Source of the DNA: Octopus sinensis
Lineage: Eukaryota
NCBI RefSeq assembly: GCF_006345805.1
Contig: NC_043013.1
Coordinates: forward strand, 3,658,001 to 3,722,000
Direction of reading: 5' to 3'
DNA length: 64,000 nt
In this document: positions 1 through 64,000 of the stretch, piece after piece
Layout of the letters: every line of letters starts with the position of its first letter
Position numbering within the stretch: position 1 is the first letter of the stretch
Made by a program: the position numbers and the translations under genes
Notes under the pieces: generated by a model
What the model was told of the DNA's origin: nothing
Seen by the model: the letters and a program-made list of their open reading frames with translations, nothing else
Databases searched by the model: none

Positions 1-580
1 ATATGGACTTTAGTATATCTCAAGGTGAAATGCTAGTGGGGTGAGAAATAGTTAAGGGATGGCCTACATTGTTACTTAGTTTTCTGAGAAACTGATCAAG
101 TGACAGTTTTAATTACCAGCAATGAGGTGATCTTGTCTGGGTGAGATAATGTGAGCATTGAAGGATATGACTCGTAAAAATAATCAAGAAGAGTGATTAT
201 ATATGAAGGTTTTGATGAATGTTATTTCCATTATGGAAAATTATGGAGTAGAAACTAATAACACAATGTAACACATGTTTTGTTTATTTGTATTTTTTAA
301 TGCTCATATAAGCATTTTTTGCCACTAAATTAAAAAGTCACATTCATTTTGACGTAACATCGATAGTTATTTATTTATTCCTAATTTCATATTTGCTCGT
401 TATATTTGTAACTTTTCTCTACAGCACTTTGTTGGTTCAATCTATTCTAGTATTGTAAGGATAATTACTCAACATTTAGTACTTTTTCATATATTGAAAA
501 GTATTTAGGATATATAATATTAGTTAGAACAAAAAGAAACAATAAAACTCTGCACTGTAAATGCCTTGATAACTCTTTTC

Positions 581-1003
581 TTAAGATGAGAAGTGCTTTG
601 ACGATCGAGATTTTCTGGAGTGTATACCTTCATCTCTTCTGACTAGAGACCATATATAATCTCCCATCATGGCAGTATCCCATCGTCCTTGGTATCTTCT
701 TTCCATTGTTGTGATGTCCTGATGAAATCTTTCACCATGCTCCTCACTGACGTCACCCAAGTTTTCGGGGAAAAATCTAGGTGAGAGTGCAAAAAATGAA
801 CCTTTAAGGACATACGACAACCCATTTTCTTGAAGTTTTCAATAAGCTTTGCTACCAGCTGTTTGTAATTAGGATCCTTGTGGTTTCCTAGAAATCCATG
901 AACTACATCATGAAACGCACACCAAACTTCTTTTTCAACTTTAGTCATCGCTCTTTCCAGTTTCTTCGACTTTAACATTGCATTTACTTGGGGCCCCAAA
1001 AAT
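581..1003 (-). mobile_element. C-terminal fragment of a Chapaev-3-like (CMC superfamily) DNA transposase, one frameshift
   Basis: Two overlapping ORFs join into IFLGPQV...FLGNHKDPNY...MSLKVHFLHSHLDF/FPENLGDVSEEHGERFHQDI..MERRYQGRWD..MMGDYIWSL; 1-nt loss in a T-run near 775. Family assignment from motif recognition. Confidence 0.75.
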
Positions 1004-1512
1004 ATGTGCCCTGAGTGGTTCACTCCCCACTCACTTAATACTACACTACTGAGTTAGTATGCACTCATGATTGTTACTGTCTGCCCTGGTTGAGTAGACC
1101 TCTGGTCAAAGGCAGTCTATTATTGATCATCCCATTTTTGTTTTCAGATATAGTATTTCTAGAACTTCATTATTTGATGCCTCATAGGGGCCACACAGAA
1201 GCTCTCACTTTGGCTCAATGTCTGATGTCAGGTTGAAGTCCTAAATTTTAGGATGTTACGACCTGAATAAAAAAAAGTTATGGCTAAAATGCCAATTAAA
1301 AGTGAGTTGAAGAAAGCCTGATTTATTTTGATGTTTCTAATTTTATTATTGATACCGGCAAGCACAACACTTGCGTGTCATCATAAGAAGCAGCTAAAAG
1401 AATTAGTGGCAGGAAAGGCATCTGGCTTAAATAAGGAATCATGATACTGCCATGGGGCCTGTAAAGCTAATTCTGGCTTTAGTAGAGAATGGCCTTAAAA
1501 ATGATGGTTATA

Positions 1513-2149
1513 TTCTTTTACGTGTTTCAGTCATTTGACTGTGGCCATGCTGGAGCACTGCCCTGAAGGGTTTTAGTCAAACAAATCGACCCCAGGACTT
1601 ACTTTTTTTAAAGCCTAGTACTTACTCTATCAGTCTCTTTTGCTGAATTGCTAAGTTATGAGGATGGAAACACACCAATACCGGTTGTCAAGGGGTAATG
1701 CCGGTGGGAGGGGGACAAGCACACACAGACTCACACATAATCTCTCTCTTTCTCTCACACACACACACAAGCAAATGATCATTGTAAGAATTAATTCAAT
1801 GAGTTCAATAAATGTTTTCAAATAAAATGAAATGAAGCAGATTTTGTTGTTAATGATGGAGTATTCAATTATCCCCGACAGCTGTTTCTGTCAAAAAGAC
1901 CAATGATATTATCAAAGAAATAATGCATATTATTATCATATAATGTCTTTTTGTACTCATCAGTCGATTGTATGGCTGTGTGTAAGTAGCTTGCTTACCA
2001 ACCACATGGTTCCAGGTTCAGTCCCACTGCGTGGCATCTCAGACAAGTGTGTTCTACTAGAGCCTTCAGCTGACCAAAGCCTTGTGAGAGGATTTGGTAG
2101 ATGGAAACTGAAAGAAGCCCATCGTATATATATATATGTATGCATGTAT

Positions 2150-2189
<40 letters not shown>

Positions 2190-2890
2190 CATGTATATAT
2201 ATACATATATATATAGATATATATATATGTGTGGAGGTGCAATGGTCCAGTGGTTATGGCAGCGGACTCGCGGTCGTAGGACCGCGGTTTCGATTCCCAG
2301 ACCAGGCGTTGTGAGTGTTTATTGAGCGAAAACAGCTAAAAGCTCCACGAGGTTCCGGCAGGTTGTGGTGATCCCTGCTGTACTCTTTCACCACTCTTTC
2401 TTCTGTTGGCCTGCTTGCTTAGCCAGTGGGGTGGCGTCATTCGAAGGCTAAAACAATGCAAACGCATTGTGACCAGCGATGTGTAACTACATCTGATGGA
2501 CTGGTCAGTCACGTGATCACGTGATATATATATATATATAGCTTCAGCGGCGTCGTTTAGTGTCTGTTTTCCATGCTGGCATGGCAAACGGAAGGCTGCA
2601 CCAGGCTCCAATCCATTCTGGTAAGGTTTCTACAGCTGGATGCCCTTCCTAGTGCCAACCACCCCGAGAGTGTATTGGGTGCTTTTTACATGCCACCGGC
2701 ACGGGGGCCAGTCAGGTTGCACTGGCATCGACCACGTTCAGTGGGCTTCTTTCAGTTTCTGTCTAGCAAATTAACTCTCAAAGCTTGGTTAGCCTGAGGC
2801 TATTGTAGAAGTCACTTGGCCAAGCTGCCATGTTGTGGGACTGAACCAGGAACCATGTGGTTAGGAAGAAAACTTCTTACCACACAGCCA
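1513..2890 (-). mobile_element. Nested cluster: SINE-A (minus) split into a 3' half (1513-1770) and a 5' half (2743-2890), enclosing a PLE-like piece, SINE-A head (+,1970-2230), SINE-C (+,2232-2525) and RTE 3' end (-,2545-2740)
   Basis: Matches to complete copies elsewhere in the window. Confidence 0.7.
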
Positions 2891-2962
2891 TCTATATGAG
2901 CAAATATTAGATATTTTATTTCTTTATGTATCTTTGTATTCCTTTCTTCCTTCATTTCCTAG

Positions 2963-61550
<58,588 letters not shown>

Positions 61551-61782
61551 GTAGGTACTTTTACTTCTTTGTGTGTATTGTGGTGCAATGGTGTATGACG
61601 GTGAGAATAGCACTCATTACACTCCGTAAAGTGGTTGGGATAGGGGCAAGTGTCTTCTACTATAGCCCTGGACTAACCAAAGCCTTGTGAGCGGATTTTG
61701 TATACAGAAACTGAAAGAAGCCTGACATTCATGTATGTACATATATATAGGCGCAGGACATTCATGTGTATACATAAACATA

Positions 61783-62176
61783 GGCGCAGGTGTGGCTGTG
61801 TGGTAAGTAGCTTGCTTACCAACCACATGATTCCGGGTTCAGTCCCACTGCATGGCACCTTGGGCAAGTGTCTTCAATAGCTATGGCCGACCAAAGCCTT
61901 GTGAGTGGATTTGGTAGACAGAAACTGAAAGAAGCCCTTTGTATATATGTATCTGTATATATATATGTGTGTGTGTTTGTGTGTCTGTGTTTGTCCCCTC
62001 AACATCGCTTGACAACTGATGCTGGAGTGTTTACATCCCCGTAACTTAGCGGTTAGGCAAGAGAGACCGATAGAATAAGTACTAGGCTTACAAAGAATAA
62101 GTCCTGGGGTCGAGTTCCTTGACTAAATGCGGTGCTCCAGCATGGTCGCAGTTAAATGACTGAAACAAGTAAAGAG
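61783..62176 (+). mobile_element. SINE-A full length (preceded by partial copy 61645-61745)
   Basis: ggcgcaggtgtggctgtgtggtaag head ... gactgaaacaagtaaagag tail. Confidence 0.9.
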
Positions 62177-62219
62177 TATATATATAGTACGTTTATATAT
62201 ATATATTGGCTAAACTGGC

Positions 62220-62339
62220 AAAATGACCATTCCAAAATATAACAGTATATATATATATACTTTCATTTCCCAAGCATCAAGCTAATACACCTTGTTGTTC
62301 GCACACCTGTCTTCATCTTTTGTCTTTCTATAAATTTCA

Positions 62340-62421
<82 letters not shown>

Positions 62422-62724
62422 CATATATATATTGTTGTATTTTGGGATGGTCATTTTATTTTTTCCAAATAAACACAAGCATCATATATTTCTTCTTCAT
62501 TCATTTATTACTGTTCTTATTTTATTATTCTAACTCATGTCCATTGTCCGGAAATCTTTCGTCACACATCTGTGACCTCTTCTGCAGCACTTATTTCAGT
62601 GTATTCTTGCTCCACTTGCTCCATTCTGTTCTTCTAAGATATGTATCCTTAGGTGCACGTGTTTGTGTCAAGGACACAAATGCATGTGCACATAAGGAGA
62701 CACACCTTAGAAGAACAATGGAGT
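62220..62724 (-). mobile_element. Penelope-like remnant with hammerhead-like motif and terminal fold-back
   Basis: Minus cagaaga g gtcaca gatg tgtgac gaaa gatttc (62551-62584); IRs 62220-62244/62433-62457 and hairpin 62620-62724. Confidence 0.6.
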
Positions 62725-63316
62725 AGACAGTGACTATGTGTCAGTGTTTGTCTCATCACTTGACAACCAGTGTTGGTTTGTTTTCATCCCTGTAACTTTA
62801 GTGGTTCAGCAAATGTGATTATTAGAATATGTGCCAGACTGGAAAATAAGTACTGGGCTCAATCTGATAGTCTAGCCGGTTCCTTCAAAATTGCTGGCAT
62901 TGTGCTTAAATTGAAACTGTTTACTTGCATATCTTCTTATCACAATGATGCAGACTTAATCTGGATTATCCCTGGATTTATATTCTTCCATTAACAATTT
63001 GCTGAAAGGGTCCTATAATGTCACATTGAAGTATCTGGATGCACTATGTAGTTACAGGCGACATACTAACCACGTCCATGGAGCAGCTTGCTCAATGAAA
63101 TGAAAATATTCAAAAATCGAAGACTATTTGGACATGCACGAATATACTTTGTTCCAAACCATACAATTCACACACACACACACATGCCCCACCCCCAATT
63201 CTACTACTGCACCTTCCTGAAATGGTTCAACTGTTACCAAAGTCTATAGCATACAGGAATAGAAATGATAGTGGAAAGAGTGAAATATTCTTGGACTACC
63301 ATGCTTAACTCTATAT

Positions 63317-63476
63317 CAGTGTTCTCAACCAGTGTCCACACGGCCGTTGGGGATCCGTGTAAGATTTTGTTGTTGAAATTTATGTGCAATAATAAACTGG
63401 TTACAATTCTACGATACACAAAATATTTTAACGATTTAATACAATTCTTAATAATATTTAATTATAAAAGTGTAAT
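63317..63476. mobile_element. Left end of a hAT-like MITE, interrupted by an RTE tail
   Basis: cagtgttctcaacc start typical of Charlie-type TIR; right end not in window. Confidence 0.45.
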
Positions 63477-64000
63477 CGAAACTGAAATCAAAATCAAAGT
63501 GAAATTCGATGACGGGCACGAGCACCATATGAGCGTGATTGTTGCCAGCCTCGCCTTACTGGCACTTGTGTCCCGTGCTAGTAGTGTGCTAAGAGCACCA
63601 TCTGAGTGTGATTGTTCCCAGAGCGGCTAACTGGCTTCCATGCTGGTGGCATGTAGGAGGCACCATTCGAGCGGGATCGTTACCAGCATCACCTTACTGT
63701 CACCTGTGCCATTGGCATGTGTAAAAAATTCGAGCGAGGTCATTGCCAGTACCGCCTGACTGGCCCCCGTGCCGGTGGCACGTAAAAGCACTCACTACAT
63801 CCTCGGAGTGGTTGGCATTAGGAAGGGCATCCAGCTGTAGAAACTCTACCAGATCAAGACTGGAGTTTAGTGCAGCCATCTGGTTCGCCAGCCCATAGTC
63901 AAACCGTCCAACCCATGCTAGCATGGAAAGCGGATGTTAAATGACGACGATGATGATGATGATGATGATGTATACAACTTTTTAAACATCGAATGGCTAA

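Noticed and set aside
61551-64000. AGPS last exon (VGKLR...DP.NIFG)
   Set aside because: No matching sequence seen; presumably downstream of the window.

Overview
Eukaryotic, AT-rich, repeat-dense genomic DNA; the repeat landscape looks like an octopus/coleoid cephalopod genome (inference, not provable here). The whole window lies inside one + strand gene, AGPS (peroxisomal alkyl-dihydroxyacetonephosphate synthase, ether-lipid synthesis). I traced 18 coding exons (2995-61550, 1595 nt, all GT-AG, frame-consistent, no stops), from [12 protein letters not shown] to the catalytic SHHHG motif. The first and last exons are outside the window; exons are numbered 2-19 assuming one upstream exon, as in human. 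Introns are filled with tRNA-derived SINEs, RTE, CR1 and I-like LINE fragments, mariner, hAT and piggyBac-like MITEs, Helitrons and a Chapaev-type transposase fragment. The most unusual signal is at least six unrelated families of short intronic elements carrying minimal or degenerate type-I hammerhead-ribozyme topology. Several are fold-back insertions with 9-16 bp target duplications (Penelope/retrozyme-like), and one is fused to a tRNA-derived Pol III head. A LINE insertion also appears to have captured 72 nt of nearby host intron. Nearly all long ORFs in the supplied track are repeat-derived artefacts.
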